Positions 13,121-25,659 of a DNA stretch of 64,000 nucleotides are shown here, piece after piece. The notes beneath the pieces were generated by a model. That model ran no database searches. It was not told the DNA's origin and was given only the letters and a program-made list of their open reading frames with translations. Made by a program: the position numbers and the translations under genes. Within the stretch, counting starts at the first letter, position 1. Every line of letters starts with the position of its first letter. Source of the stretch: Octopus sinensis (lineage: Eukaryota); NCBI RefSeq assembly GCF_006345805.1, contig NC_043002.1, forward strand, positions 119,908,001-119,972,000, written 5' to 3'.

Positions 13121-13722
13121 TCCTTATATATAGCCAATATTCATTTACCTAAATTATTTAGAAATTGAGTATGCTAATTTCTTAGAATATGAACTGTTAG
13201 AGTTATTTTCGCAATTTATCCAGTACAACCCTTAAACAAGTAAATAGTATTTTCCTAAACAATCGATCCACTTATTTCGGTTAGTGACTTATTCAAGAAT
13301 ATACCTACACTAGTGCCGATGAATGTAATATTCTCTTTCAAGGTACAAAAGCCCTTTTCAGAGTCATGTATTTTGAATTGTTATCTTATATCTAATTAGA
13401 CTGTTATTACGTAACATACTTCACAATTTTAGTATAAATTCCTTATCGGTGCTACTCAATTTGGATTCTTACTCTCGGGTAACTAATTTCATGTTCTTAC
13501 AGAAATGACTTCACAATTTCGGTATTCATAACTTATTGGGAACTCCTAAAAACAACATCTTGTGTAAGACAGTTCGGTAGTTCGGTATTCTCTGTAAATG
13601 CTCAAAAACGTTTTAAGGGCTACATACTTTGCATTACTATTATTGGATTAGCGAAACAATTATGAGAACGGAACCAAGGGATAAGCCCTGAATTCCCGGG
13701 AATTACCGGGTACGTCAGCTAG
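13121..13722 (+). mobile_element. Non-autonomous Helitron
   Basis: a|TCcttatatatag 5' end; 3' hairpin cccgg-gaatta-ccggg followed by tacgtcagCTAG|t. Confidence 0.7.
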
Positions 13723-13748
13723 TATATATATATATATATACATATATA

Positions 13749-14194
13749 CAGTGTGTCCCAAAAGTCACTTACGGGTTTCAATTTTTAATAACTTCCTTAA
13801 CTTTACAGACAAATGCATGCAATTTTGATACAATATAAAGGACATAATAAAAATCACTATGCACAACAAAAAGTTTGCAACACCACTACATCACATAGAA
13901 AAATGATATCGCTTAAATGACAGCTATTTTCGGCCTCGCATGCCCGTGCTCTTTCCAAAACTTAACACCCTGAAGAGTTACAAACCCTACTTCTCTGATT
14001 TCCCTATTGATGTTCTACAGTTGCACCGGGATCTCTGATTCGCTGACATAAACCCTCTCATTCAGGGTCTCCACAAGAAACAATCCAGGCAAGTCAAGTG
14101 TGAGGAATGTGAAGGCCACACGACATTGCTGTAGCGAGAAATTTGTAAAGTTAAGGAAGTTATTAATAATTAGTAACTTTTGGAGCACGTTGTG
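13749..14194 (-). mobile_element. Internally deleted Tc1/mariner-superfamily element
   Basis: TA-flanked TIR cagtgtgtcccaaaagtcact; inverted subterminal aataacttccttaactttaca; minus strand translates VWPSHSSHLTCLDCFLW, a decayed WPPRSPDLTPLDFFLW. Confidence 0.75.
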
Positions 14195-14232
<38 letters not shown>

Positions 14233-14236
<4 letters not shown>

Positions 14237-14617
14237 GTTGGCAACTAAGTTCCGTTGTCGTTTGACAACTTAGCGAACTCAACTGGACGGCCAGAACGAG
14301 GTGCGGATTTGAGGTCAAAATTTCTATTTTTGAACCAATCACGAGCGGTTCTTTCAGCTATGGTACCCTCTCCATACACAGCACGAATGTCGCGAGCAGC
14401 TTTTGTGGCCTTAAAACCTGGCTTAAAAGCAAAAAGAAGGTGTCGAAAATGCTCGTTTTTCTTAACTTGACATTCCATTCTAACGATTTGAAAATAAACA
14501 AAAATTAAATAAAATTAACTAGGAAAAAAAATATATTCCAAAATGATTCCAAAATAGAATTCTCATAAAAAAATATATTCCAAAATTTAAAGAAACGGCG
14601 AGAACTTAGTTGCCAAC

Positions 14618-14621
<4 letters not shown>
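14233..14621 (-). mobile_element. Internally deleted mariner inserted in (TA)n
   Basis: Perfect TIRs ttgggttggcaactaagtt / aacttagttgccaacccaa; ORF 14245-14478 encodes the transposase HTH N-terminus (KATKAARDIRAVYGEG...PRSGRP). Confidence 0.92.
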
Positions 14622-14670
<49 letters not shown>

Positions 14671-14958
14671 TATATATAAGGAATATTCGTGAGCACTTCA
14701 ACATGGCTGTACGTTCGAACGGACTCTTCTTCGATTTTTTAACCCCAAGAGGGCATCTCTTCTAGTTGGTTAACGATGCAGAGCTTCTTCCGATGAATTG
14801 CGATCAGGAGAGCGGAATCCCACCACCTTGTAGCGACAGGACCAGTAGATCGATCCTGGTTTCAGGCTACTTCTGCCACTCTTCGCTACTGGACACTTCG
14901 TCTGCTAGAGATGGCAGTAGTATATATTTCAAGCGGACACGCAGTCGCTGATTTTGGA

Positions 14959-15138
14959 ACAGGCAAAAGTCCTAATTCTAAAATCTCTCTAAGAGAACAA
15001 CGCAGTATTTACACTGACAAGTAATATTCGTAGCCACTTCAGCATGATTATCCGTTGAAGTGGCTACGAATAATACTTGTCAGAACAAATACTGTGTTGA
15101 TCTCTTAGAGAGATTTTAGAACTAGCATTTTTGCTTGT
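14959..15138. repeat. Fold-back (MITE-like) palindrome, arms about 83 bp, 14-nt spacer
   Basis: ctgacaagtaatattcgtagccacttca ... tgaagtggctacgaataatacttgtcag, with further pairing outward. Confidence 0.85.
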
Positions 15139-15859
15139 TATATATATATATAAGCAAAATGTATATGTATATAGCTATGCATGCATACACGTATGTTTTA
15201 AAGGGTGTTAACGCAATTTTCTGTCTCTGTAATGTGCCACTGAACATAGATATAGGGTATTTTCGTAATTTGGGTCAATACTGAATGTTATATCATATGT
15301 GAATATTATATCTGTATACAATAATATGTTCGTGGAGAGAAATGAAATTTACACCTCTATGTGCCACATATTTCAAATCTGCACACCTACTGATGAAACT
15401 TGAAGCAGAGTTGAAATATACTGCATTTTGAACTGTCCGCGACCAAAATCCTGTATATATTCGTCATGTTTACATTTCTTCTAATATGCAGTGTTGGCTA
15501 AAAACATATAAAAGATGCTATAGTACATTATGTGTACTTGTGGTATGTTTGTGTTGGGTAAAATTTTTCATTGACTATTAGTGCGTTACCAAGCAGTCAT
15601 ATTTCTAATTGCTTTTTACTCGTTACCAAAAAATCAGATACCTTTCAAATAATTAATTCATTAAAAGCTGAAAATGAAATGACTTCCATTACATGATAGT
15701 CGTACTCACTGAGTACAAGCTAATAAAACCAGCTTTAAATTCTTCTGAATGAAAAGCTTTCTTTACCTCTAATTTTCCCCCTTGACTATTTTAAAGAGAA
15801 GCTCAAGCACAAATAAACACTACGATTACATTTTTTCAATATCTGAATGGACTAGAGAG

Positions 15860-16560
15860 CCAAGGATTAATCTCAAGTTAGGGAACACATCATAGAGTAA
15901 TAAGTATTCTGTTCCAAATCAATTGCGGTTCTTCTGTTGCCCACCAACAAGAATCGATATCATCCGACAAAAAAAGCCGAGTACTTTAGACTCTTCAAAT
16001 GCTAGGATTTCTTAGCTTTAAACCGCTGAAAAGTTAGTGCTTTTGTCAAAGACCTAAAAGTACCAATAACAACAGGCTAGGAACTGCACTGGTGAAACAC
16101 AATCAATTATAAACTTCAGTTACAATTTAACTTCACTGAATACCACAGAGACACTTTCAGTCTCACAATAAGCTTGTCTTTCCCTATAATAGCTATGATC
16201 TGATTCAATCAAAAGGAATTTCTAAATGAATCTCATGACGATTAGAAGAAGATGATGAGGTTAAGGGAAATAAATGTATATTAATTAAAGGACATTTTCT
16301 AATCAGCTTATATGCACACTTCAGATACATTATTAGAAGGTATATGGTTTAAACACTGAAGCCAAGAGACAAAGTGAATTGTTGGGCTGTAGAAGCACCT
16401 CACAAAAGCTTGACGTGGTTTGTTCTTCGTAGGCTGACTTCATCAGAAAGATAATTCAACTTTTCACGCTATATTAACTTTGGAAGTTACATAGTTGAAC
16501 CTCAGCGTTGCCTCATGCGGTCTCCTTGGTATGATCATTGATATCATTTATATTCGACAC
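15860..16560 (-). mobile_element. Possible Penelope-like relic (GIY-YIG-like remnant and hammerhead remnant)
   Basis: Minus strand, with frameshifts, KLNCN-KFIIDCVS..VIGTFRSLTK near 16130-16040; ctgatgaagtc...aaaccacgtc near 16447-16412. Confidence 0.3.
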
Positions 16561-16913
16561 AAAGGAATGACATTTAAACAGAGAAGTCAGTCTTGCTATA
16601 GAAAAGCAGACAGATAGGCCAAAGGTTAATGTAGTTGAAGTGCCACATGGATCTTGGATCAATGATTAATCATATAGACATAAGATCTGACACAATTTGG
16701 GAAACACCGACAGAAGAGAGTGTGAATGCGTATATAGGTTTCTGTCTCTTTCTCTCACTCCCTCTCTATGCGTCTCTCTTACTTTATATATGTACATACA
16801 TACATACATTCATACATACATACATACATTCATACATTCATACATACATACATACATTCATACAAACATACATACATACATACATACATTATACATGTAT
16901 ATATATATATGTA

Positions 16914-17095
16914 AAGTTAATCCAAACAAGAAAACATAAAAAAACAAAAAAAAAAACACAACAACGCGAGGACGTGGAACAAATAAAGTATTATTGGACG
17001 CTCAGGAAAGAAGGTTTAACGTTTCGAGCGGAGCTCTTCGTCGGAAACATAGGGGAAGGGAAGACAGAGGAAAATAAATCGCCAACGGTACTCAT
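16914..17095 (-). mobile_element. Short Penelope-type element with minimal hammerhead, copy 1
   Basis: Shares the gttaatccaaacaagaaaac end and core with 34741 and 45143; hammerhead motif at 17014-17048. Confidence 0.75.
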
Positions 17096-17106
17096 ACATA
17101 TATATA

Positions 17107-17142
<36 letters not shown>

Positions 17143-17457
17143 TGTATGTATGTATGTATGATGTATGCATGTATAAAAATGTACTAATACGTTGCCTAAA
17201 AGCTAGAAACCATACGTTTCAAATATAGTTCCTATTCTATTTGTTCTCAACAGCTGTTTGATTAAAACAAACTACATAAAATGTATAATTTCGCAATTGA
17301 GATACTTAATTAATCTGAATTAATTAGGTGAATTCAAAAACAATATTTACCCAAATTATCAGAGATGCCGGAGTATGATATTAGTTGAAACACATCGAGG
17401 CAAGGAGAAACACAAAGAAGCTGTATATTGATAAATATATATATACGTACACACACA

Positions 17458-17500
<43 letters not shown>

Positions 17501-17502
17501 TA

Positions 17503-17635
17503 CCCAGACCATTATGGTTTTCTAATCTATTTTGTAAGAGTAACTTCTGATGAAGGCTATTGACACAAAAACCACTGTCCGCTTTTCTCTAGACAATAAG
17601 CCTGTCCGGTTCCATAATACGATTTCAAATCTGGA
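17503..17635 (+). mobile_element. Degenerate rod-like hammerhead element
   Basis: ctgatgaaggc (17547) ... aaaccactgtcc; flanks pair attatgg/ccataat and ccaga/tctgg. Confidence 0.45.
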
Positions 17636-17993
17636 GAATATTTGGGACAACCTCTACTCAAGTGGAACCGCCCTTAATTGCCATTTGATAATTAGGATAC
17701 ATTCTGTCGAGGCGGAATTTTAGTGAATCAATAATTCGTGTTTTATCGTATCTAACAAACCGGAATTTGTTTTATTCAAATACATGCCACTGGCCTGGAT
17801 CCATCGAGTTATTTCTCCTAGCTCATTTCAATTTAAATCACATATATATACATATATATAAATTTAAATAATAAGGGTGGAAAATTGAAAATTTTCTTAG
17901 TGGCCAGACCATATCGGGTCTGCCCCTAGCATAATGGATATCCACTTAGTGGTGATCCCTCTAATATGTCTGTGTATATATGTATATATATAT

Positions 17994-18037
<44 letters not shown>

Positions 18038-18060
18038 TCGTATACATATATACATACATA

Positions 18061-18459
18061 GGTGCAAGCGTGGCTGCACAGAAAACAGCTTGATTACCAC
18101 TCACATGCTTCCGGGTTCAGTCCCACTGCGTCGCACGTTGAGTGTCTTCTACTATAGTCTCGGGCCGACCACAGTCTTGTGAGTGGATATGGCAGACGGA
18201 GATTGAAAGAAGCCCGTCGTATTTAAATGCATATATATGTGTGTATATATATGTGTGTGTGCGCGTGTGTGTTTGTGTGTGTCTGTATGTGTTTGTCCCA
18301 CCACCATCGCTTGAAACCGACGTTGGTGTGTTTACGTCCCCGTAACTTAGCGGTTCGGTAAAAGTATTAGGATTACAAAGAACAAGTCCTGAGGTCGATT
18401 TGTTCGACTAAAGGCGGTGCTTCAGCATGGCCGCAGCCAAATGACTGAAACAAGTAAAA

Positions 18460-18463
<4 letters not shown>
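18061..18463 (+). mobile_element. SINE family B, full length
   Basis: ccgggttcagtcccactgcg head, internal CA/TA tract, tail aaatgactgaaacaagtaaaag. Confidence 0.9.
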
Positions 18464-18516
<53 letters not shown>

Positions 18517-18517
<1 letters not shown>

Positions 18518-19011
18518 GAGGTGGTATCAAAATATTCCCGGATTAGATCTATAGCGCGCCCACAGATGGCAGCACACGGTTCCGTGCGCAGTGAGGGCTA
18601 TGAGGCAGTTGCCGAGTGATGTCGCTGTGTTTACTTCGTTAGTTGTGAAATTTGTGTTTTAGACATCATGTGTAAGCTGTAGTCTGCAGTTTTTTTGTCA
18701 TGGGCAAGAAGTTGGAACAACGAGCCAACGTGAAATTTTACGTCAAACTTGGTAAGTCTGCTACAGAGACATTGAACATGTTTCAAAGACGGACGAACAG
18801 TTTCAACGCTATTTTCGAGATCCAGAGTGTAACGCAAAAGGTGCTCAGCTCGCTTACGGAAATCGACTTCCAGATCGGATTCCAAAAGTGGCAGGAACCA
18901 TGACACCGATGCACTGCTACGTAATTTCGGAAGAGATGATGTTAAAACTTAGGTAAATCTTTTATTTTTTAAAACATAACTACTCTGGAAACATTTTGAT
19001 ACCACAACAAG
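18517..19011 (+). mobile_element. Internally deleted mariner
   Basis: TA-flanked TIR cgaggtggtatcaaaa / ttttgataccacaacaag; ORF 18700-18903 joins the N-terminus (LEQRANVKFYVKLGKSATET) to the C-terminus (FQIGFQKWQE). Confidence 0.9.
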
Positions 19012-19622
19012 TATGTATGTATGTATGTATGTATGTATGTATGTATGTGTGTATGTATGTATGCATGTAGGTATGTATGTGTGTATGTGTGTATGTATGT
19101 ATATATGTATATATGTATGTATGTATGTATGGGTGTATGTGTGTATGTATGTATGTATGTGTGTATGTGTGTATGTATGTATGTATGTGTGTATGTGTGT
19201 ATGTATGTACGTATGTATGTATGTATGTATGTACGTACGTATGTATGTATGTATGTATGTATGTATGTATGTATGTATGTATGTATGTACGTATGTATGT
19301 ATGTATGTATGTATGTATGTACGTACGTATGTATGTATGTATGTATGTATGTATGATTGTATGTATGTATGTATGTATGATTGTATGTATTTATGTATAT
19401 ATGTATGTATGTATGTGTGTATGTATGTATGTATGTATGTATGTATGTATGTATGTATGCATGTATGCATGCATGCATGTATGTATGTATATATTTATGA
19501 ATGTATGTATGTATGTATGTATGTATGTATGTATGTATGTATGTATGATTGTATCTATTTATGTATCTATTTATGTATGTATGTATGTATGTATGTATGT
19601 ATGTATGTATGTACGTACGTAC
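19012..19622. repeat. About 610-bp (TATG)n array with TACG/TGTG variants
   Basis: Seen directly. Confidence 0.97.
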
Positions 19623-19826
19623 ATGTGCAGATATGTTTGTTCTGCTTTATGTATGTATTTTCATGCATATAGTTGCATATCTGGACATGCTCATATATAT
19701 TTAAATACTAAACTTCTGGAAGATTTTACTGATTTTTACAGTTCCAGTGATGGATTGGATCTGTAGTCTTCGAATTAGCTTTCTCTTTTTGGGTTTTGAG
19801 AAGACTCATTTCTTAAGATAGGTATG
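19622..19826 (-). mobile_element. 3' end of R4/Dong-type RLE non-LTR retrotransposon
   Basis: Minus strand encodes FSKPKKRKLIRRLQIQSITGTVKISKIFQKF; the 3' UTR aligns with 31600-31818; runs into (TACA)n. Confidence 0.85.
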
Positions 19827-19959
19827 TTGGTAGTGTGTTCTATGTATGTATGAATGTATAGATGTATGTATCTATGAGTATCAAACGTACTTCCATAGCC
19901 ATAGACTAAAAAAGCCGATTTCCCTTATTCTGTGGAATACATATACTCCCGTCTCCTAG

Positions 19960-20105
19960 ATGAGAGGCCGGTCTGTCGCAGGATTCCTCATTTTTACCTG
20001 CTAATTGAACTGAAGCAAAGTTGAAGGGAAATATTTCGCTGAAGAACGCAACGCATCGCCCATTGCGGGAATCGAAATAATAATGATAGGGTCATGACTG
20101 CAATA
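19960..20105 (-). mobile_element. Degenerate SINE fragment
   Basis: gaagaacgcaacgcatcgccc...gggaatcgaa resembles a reverse-complement tRNA-like head. Confidence 0.45.
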
Positions 20106-20246
20106 TCCTACACATTACCCCACCCCCCACACACAGACGCATACACATACACGAACACACACACAATCGTATACAAAATGATATAAAAACAAACAAACAT
20201 TAAACCACTTTAAAAATACAATATATAGGACGGAAAAGATGCATAT

Positions 20247-20277
<31 letters not shown>

Positions 20278-20283
<6 letters not shown>

Positions 20284-20335
20284 ATAATAATAATTATTAT
20301 TATTATTATCATTAGTAGTAGTAGTAGTAGTAGTA

Positions 20336-20380
<45 letters not shown>

Positions 20381-20467
20381 TAATAATAATAATAATATAA
20401 TAATAATAATAATAATAAAATAATAATAATAATTATTATTATTATTATTATATATTATTATTATCAA

Positions 20468-20499
<32 letters not shown>

Positions 20500-20500
20500 T
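20278..20500. repeat. Compound (TAA)/(TTA)/(TAG) microsatellite
   Basis: Seen directly. Confidence 0.95.
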
Positions 20501-20976
20501 TAACAGAAGTAGTTACTGTAATCATTGTGGGTTGATTCAATCTTCGAGTAGTGTTTCTGATTGTACAACCAATCTTCAAACTCATTCCGATGAAGAGGTT
20601 TTAAGTTCATATCGCAGCAAACATTTTTCTGGCTATTTTGTTTTAATGAGATATACAAGTCCTTATAGGTATGCACTTCTATCCTACTCTTTAATCCAGC
20701 ACAATTTGTAGCAGTGTCTCTCTCACTTCTCAAATTAAATGTTATGCAAATTAATGCGTTTATCAAAACTTTCAGGCCAGCCTTTGTTAAACAGAAATAG
20801 TCTTGTATAAGAAGCGGTTCATTACATTACCCGCAAATCCCCATAAAAAAAGTTCAGCTTTGCTTGAATTATCGTCGTGTTTCTCAGCATATTACATCCT
20901 CTGTGTCGTCGGTCCGCACACTTAGATGCCGTTCTGTATAAAGCAAAATCTCAGATCAATGGTATAACAATTTCAA

Positions 20977-21209
20977 GGCGGCGAGCTGGCAGAAACGTTA
21001 GCACGCCGGGCGAAATGCTTAGCGGTATTTCGTCTGCGTTACGTTGTGAGTTCAAATTCCGCCGAGGTCGACTATGCCTTTCATCCTTTCGGGGTCGATA
21101 AATTAAGTACTAGTTACGTACTGGGGTCGATGTAATCGACTTAATACCTATGTCTGTCCTTGTTTGTCCCCTCTGTGTTTAGCCCCTTGTGGGTAATAAA
21201 GAAATAGGT
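20977..21209 (+). mobile_element. SINE family A, full length
   Basis: ggcggcgagctggcagaaacgttagcacgccggg ... gtgggtaataaagaaatagg. Confidence 0.93.
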
Positions 21210-22886
21210 ATAACAAGTAGTTAAGAGAGCTACTGCCTATGTTATCACTTTCATGCAATATGGCTGATTGTTTTTTTAACGCATTGTACCATTACAAACA
21301 TCAAATTAAGCATCCAACGTAATCCTTTATTAATTCTTTTCCCTTTACCGTCTTCATCTGATGGCCTCTTCCAATCATCACTGATCACACATTACAATTT
21401 CCGTAAGTGCGGAATTTCATACAATGAGTTTCTGTGATGTATATGATGCATATGTGTGTGTGTGAGTGTGTGAGTGTGTGTGTGGTGTGTGTGTGTGTGT
21501 GTGTGTGAGTCTGTGTGTGGATTATGCAACAGAGGAGCAACCCGAGAGTAAAACCTTTATATTGCATACCATACTTAGCGAATGCGTGTTGTTGAAAATC
21601 CAGGAGCGCCCAAAAATATCGATTTATAGTCATACTGTGTTAAAAAAAAAAACAAAAAAACAAAACAAAACAATATGCTGCTGAGCCAGGTAAAACGAAA
21701 TCGCCCCGGTAACGACTGCGTGAACGACAGATACATACTTCACCATTTTCGGAGCTTGTCAATGTCACGTAATCGTGATCATGTCATTTCTGAAACGAGA
21801 TTGAATCAGCCAGTTTGAAGTATATAGAGATAATGCATAAACTATGCATTGGTTTTCAATGACACCCATGGGCTAAATAAAATTCGAGTTATGCAATAGA
21901 AACAGCTCTAGATTAAAATCTTTGTTTACATAACTATTTAACGTTTTCATGCTTTGCCTACATCTAAAATGCATGTGTACATACATTATAAATATTTTGA
22001 GGCTTGTGTATACATGCTACATGTTAAGTACCTATATATGCCTATGTGGTAAGAAAGTTTGCTTCCCAGCAACATACTTCATGGCAAATGACTCCCTACT
22101 GTAGCTCGAAGTCTACCAAAGACTTCTGGGTGGGTTTGGAAATTCATAGTATAGATAAATATATGTGTCCTTTATATATATTCTTTGTATAGAACATATA
22201 TAAAGGACATTTCTATCAGCTGCTTGGCCTTCTTTCATGATTTTACTAGCTCTACTGTTTTCCTATTCCTCTCTTCCTCTTCATCCTCTTTCTCTCTTCC
22301 TCCCTCCTCTTTCTCTCCTCCTCCTCCTCCTCCTCCTCCTCCTCTCTCTCTCTCTCACTCTTTCTGTCTTTATCTCTGTTAATCTTTTTTTCTAGTGTTG
22401 ATAGAAGCATGGCTTTGTTCGTACTTCCTTGTCTGCTATTTATATGTCCTGCAAGGTTCGATCATTTGCATAACGGGACACGTGTATATATTTAGAGTGT
22501 GAACATAGATTGTCGTATATACGGCGGGGCATTGATGAGCTAAAATGCATGATTGCACTGTGTCGTAACTTCTCAGTAATATTTTCGGCATTTTTGCTGA
22601 AACTCATGTATATCGTATTTATATGATATCTATGCGTATCTCATCTGTTTATTGTTTATCTTTTCTTCTATCATTTGGCTAGTATCCCAAATTTCGTGCC
22701 CGTGACTTACTATACTGGAGACTGGAGTGGATTGTGGAACCCATTACTGACCGCGATATTGGTTGCACGTCGCACTTTACTGTGCCTCCCATTTTTTTGA
22801 CACACGCATACACACACGCACACACACACACACACACATACACACACACATATATATATATATATGGGTATGTCCATATATAGATA

Positions 22887-22928
<42 letters not shown>

Positions 22929-22931
22929 CTC

Positions 22932-23306
22932 AATAGTTATCGCCAAGCTAATATGGTAGTCCATAAATATAAGACTAAAGCAGCCGTTGATTAGCTCCAA
23001 GAGGCCATCGCCTCTAGCTAGCTATATGACACACGAACCTGTGTCCATTATAACCTTCGAACAGGGGAGGTCAGTCGCTTCCCCTAGCTGGTCAGACATC
23101 TGCAGACATGTTTCAGAGTATTTGCCCTTTATCAATGCAGAGTAGCCAGACCCAGCAGGCGTCGCTACTAACCGTCTGTTCGAAGGATTATTTACCTAAT
23201 TTCAGTGGAATACATCCACTGGTTTTCAAAAATGGAATTATAAAAATTTCTAAGTCTCTCTAAAGGAGACTACGGCAGCGGTACTGGATATTAATAGTTA
23301 TCGCCA

Positions 23307-23307
<1 letters not shown>
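22932..23307 (-). mobile_element. 361-bp unit with 15-bp terminal direct repeats containing a rod-like hammerhead
   Basis: aatagttatcgccaa at 22932-22946 and 23293-23307; (TA)n on both sides. Confidence 0.65.
23100..23140 (-). ncRNA. Type-I hammerhead ribozyme motif with mutated core
   Basis: ctgca-TTGATAA-aggg-caaata-ctct-GAAA-c-at-GTC-tgcag; stems I-III are intact, but the core deviates from CUGANGA at C3 and G8. Confidence 0.7.
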
Positions 23308-23337
<30 letters not shown>

Positions 23338-23344
23338 CATATGT

Positions 23345-23409
<65 letters not shown>

Positions 23410-25144
23410 CATATATACATATATATGTATATAATACGAAAGAGACTTGCCCTCTTCCTATCACTAAATCCTTTCCCCTCTTCTTCTCTGTTAAAAGTAA
23501 AGAAAATAGAAAACTACCGATCATACTTAGATATAATGTTAATTTTAATTTTAAATGACTCTGTGGCGCTCATTTCTCTGCCTCTGTCTCTTCACTACTT
23601 TTCTCCGCTGTTAAGAGATTAAAAAAAAACAAGAAAATAAAATTGATCGTATATAAGTCCTAAAGGTTTTAAATGAACATAGATCAACTAATTTCATGTT
23701 CCTCGGTTATGTTGTAATGAAAAGCCCATAAAAAGGACGAAATAGTGCTATCTACAACTAGGAGGGCACTTAAAAAGGAAAGAAAATGGTTTACATGGAA
23801 ATATTATTTCGTATGCTTTTTCACTCATAAGAAAATGGCCTCCCATATTAATAAAAAAAACACTTGAGGCGGTTCTCTTCCCTTAAAGGGAAAAATTGAA
23901 CCTCTTCTATTTCTTAGTAAATGCTCTCTCTCTCTTTGTATCTGTCTCTGTCTCTCTGTCTCTCCCTCTCTTACTCCGAAAGCAGCTGTAGGTAGCAGCA
24001 GCAACACTCCTCAGTCAAAGTTTCTCATATATATGTGTATGTGTATGTGTGTGTATGTGTGTGTGTTCTTTTATTCTTTTACTTGATTTAGCCATTGGAT
24101 TACCTCCTTAAAGTGCATATATGGAAAACTCAACATGGTTATATTTAAGTCTAGTACTTATTCTATTTGTCTTTCTTGATGCTAAGCGACAGGGACATAA
24201 ACGAAAATTACCGGTTGTCAAACGGAGGACGGACAAACGCACGCTAGTACATATACACCCCCCACACACACATACACATGTGCATCGGGACATTACACAA
24301 TTTCGCTCAACCAGATTCGTTCACAATTCAGAATCGTTACGAGGCTATTGTACAAGTCATTTCCCAAACATGCCGTACTAAATCACTTATATAGTTCATC
24401 TTTTACTATTCCTTTATATCATTTATTCATTCAATTATTCCATTATTCGTCCACTACAGTGAGCTTTCATACTTTTATTATTTCTCTGTAGATCTTCTCT
24501 CTTGGACTTCATAAAATATTTTTCTGTGCAATCATATTTAGTAAATTTGCTTTCAATGCTACGTTTAATACCTTCAATTCTTTAATAAGAAAATTCATAA
24601 TTTTTCTTAACTTTACGAATATTTCATTTAACTTTACCTAATCAACACTTTGGTTTAATTCTTGTTTTAGCAAACTTAAGCACACAGTCATGCCTGTACC
24701 CTGTTACCCACACAGTTTGAGTAAATGAAAAGATGTGGGATTTGCACGGTGTAGACGTACTGTTAAATTAGTATCAAAACCTAGATCAGTGGAGAAAGTC
24801 AGTGTGCTTTAGTAAGCTGTGAGGAGGGAAGAAATTGCGCGTAAGTATGTGCAAAGTGTTAAGTGCAGTGAAACTATTAAATAAAGTTTGTAGTAAACAT
24901 TAACTAAATTGAAATATTTGAATTGCAAGTCTTTAATCCCAAATCTACAGAAGATGGACCTATAAAAATGACATGCCGCTATCGGGGAATCTTTGAAGTC
25001 GCACTGGTTAAAATTTTATGTCTAATAAACTATTTAAATTCGGCTTTGATATTGAGACATTTTTTTTCAGTTAATGCTTTTTCTGTTTCTAATTAAAGAA
25101 AAGAATAATATACACACTCACACATACATATGTTTAGAAATATA

Positions 25145-25194
<50 letters not shown>

Positions 25195-25197
25195 ATT

Positions 25198-25229
<32 letters not shown>

Positions 25230-25255
25230 ATATATATATATATATTATATATATA

Positions 25256-25297
<42 letters not shown>

Positions 25298-25373
25298 TAT
25301 ATATATTATATATATATATAGTATATTATATATATATATATATAATATATATATATATTATATATATATATAT

Positions 25374-25567
25374 ACCGGAGTAAACACATAAATGTGAAAC
25401 AAGGTGGAACAAAGAGTACTCAAATACCAGTCGTAGAGTAATATGCTTTATTTAAAGCAGCAGAAAATTCAACAAAATGTTACTCTGAGTTTGCTAGAAA
25501 AGAACTGTCCGATGAACGGCAACTCAGAGTAATAGATTTTGTTGAATTTTCTGCTGCTTTAAATAAA
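25374..25567. mobile_element. Fold-back element in (TA)n with hammerhead remnant in the spacer
   Basis: About 46-bp inverted arms ctttatttaaagcagcagaaaattcaacaaaa; the spacer contains ccgatgaacgg..aactc. Confidence 0.65.
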
Positions 25568-25568
25568 G

Positions 25569-25659
<91 letters not shown>

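Noticed and set aside
18949-19766. Long ORFs of 170-230 aa (also at 7225, 26173, 29350, 36286 and 44960)
   Set aside because: They are translations of TATG, TA, CA or triplet microsatellites with no protein-like composition
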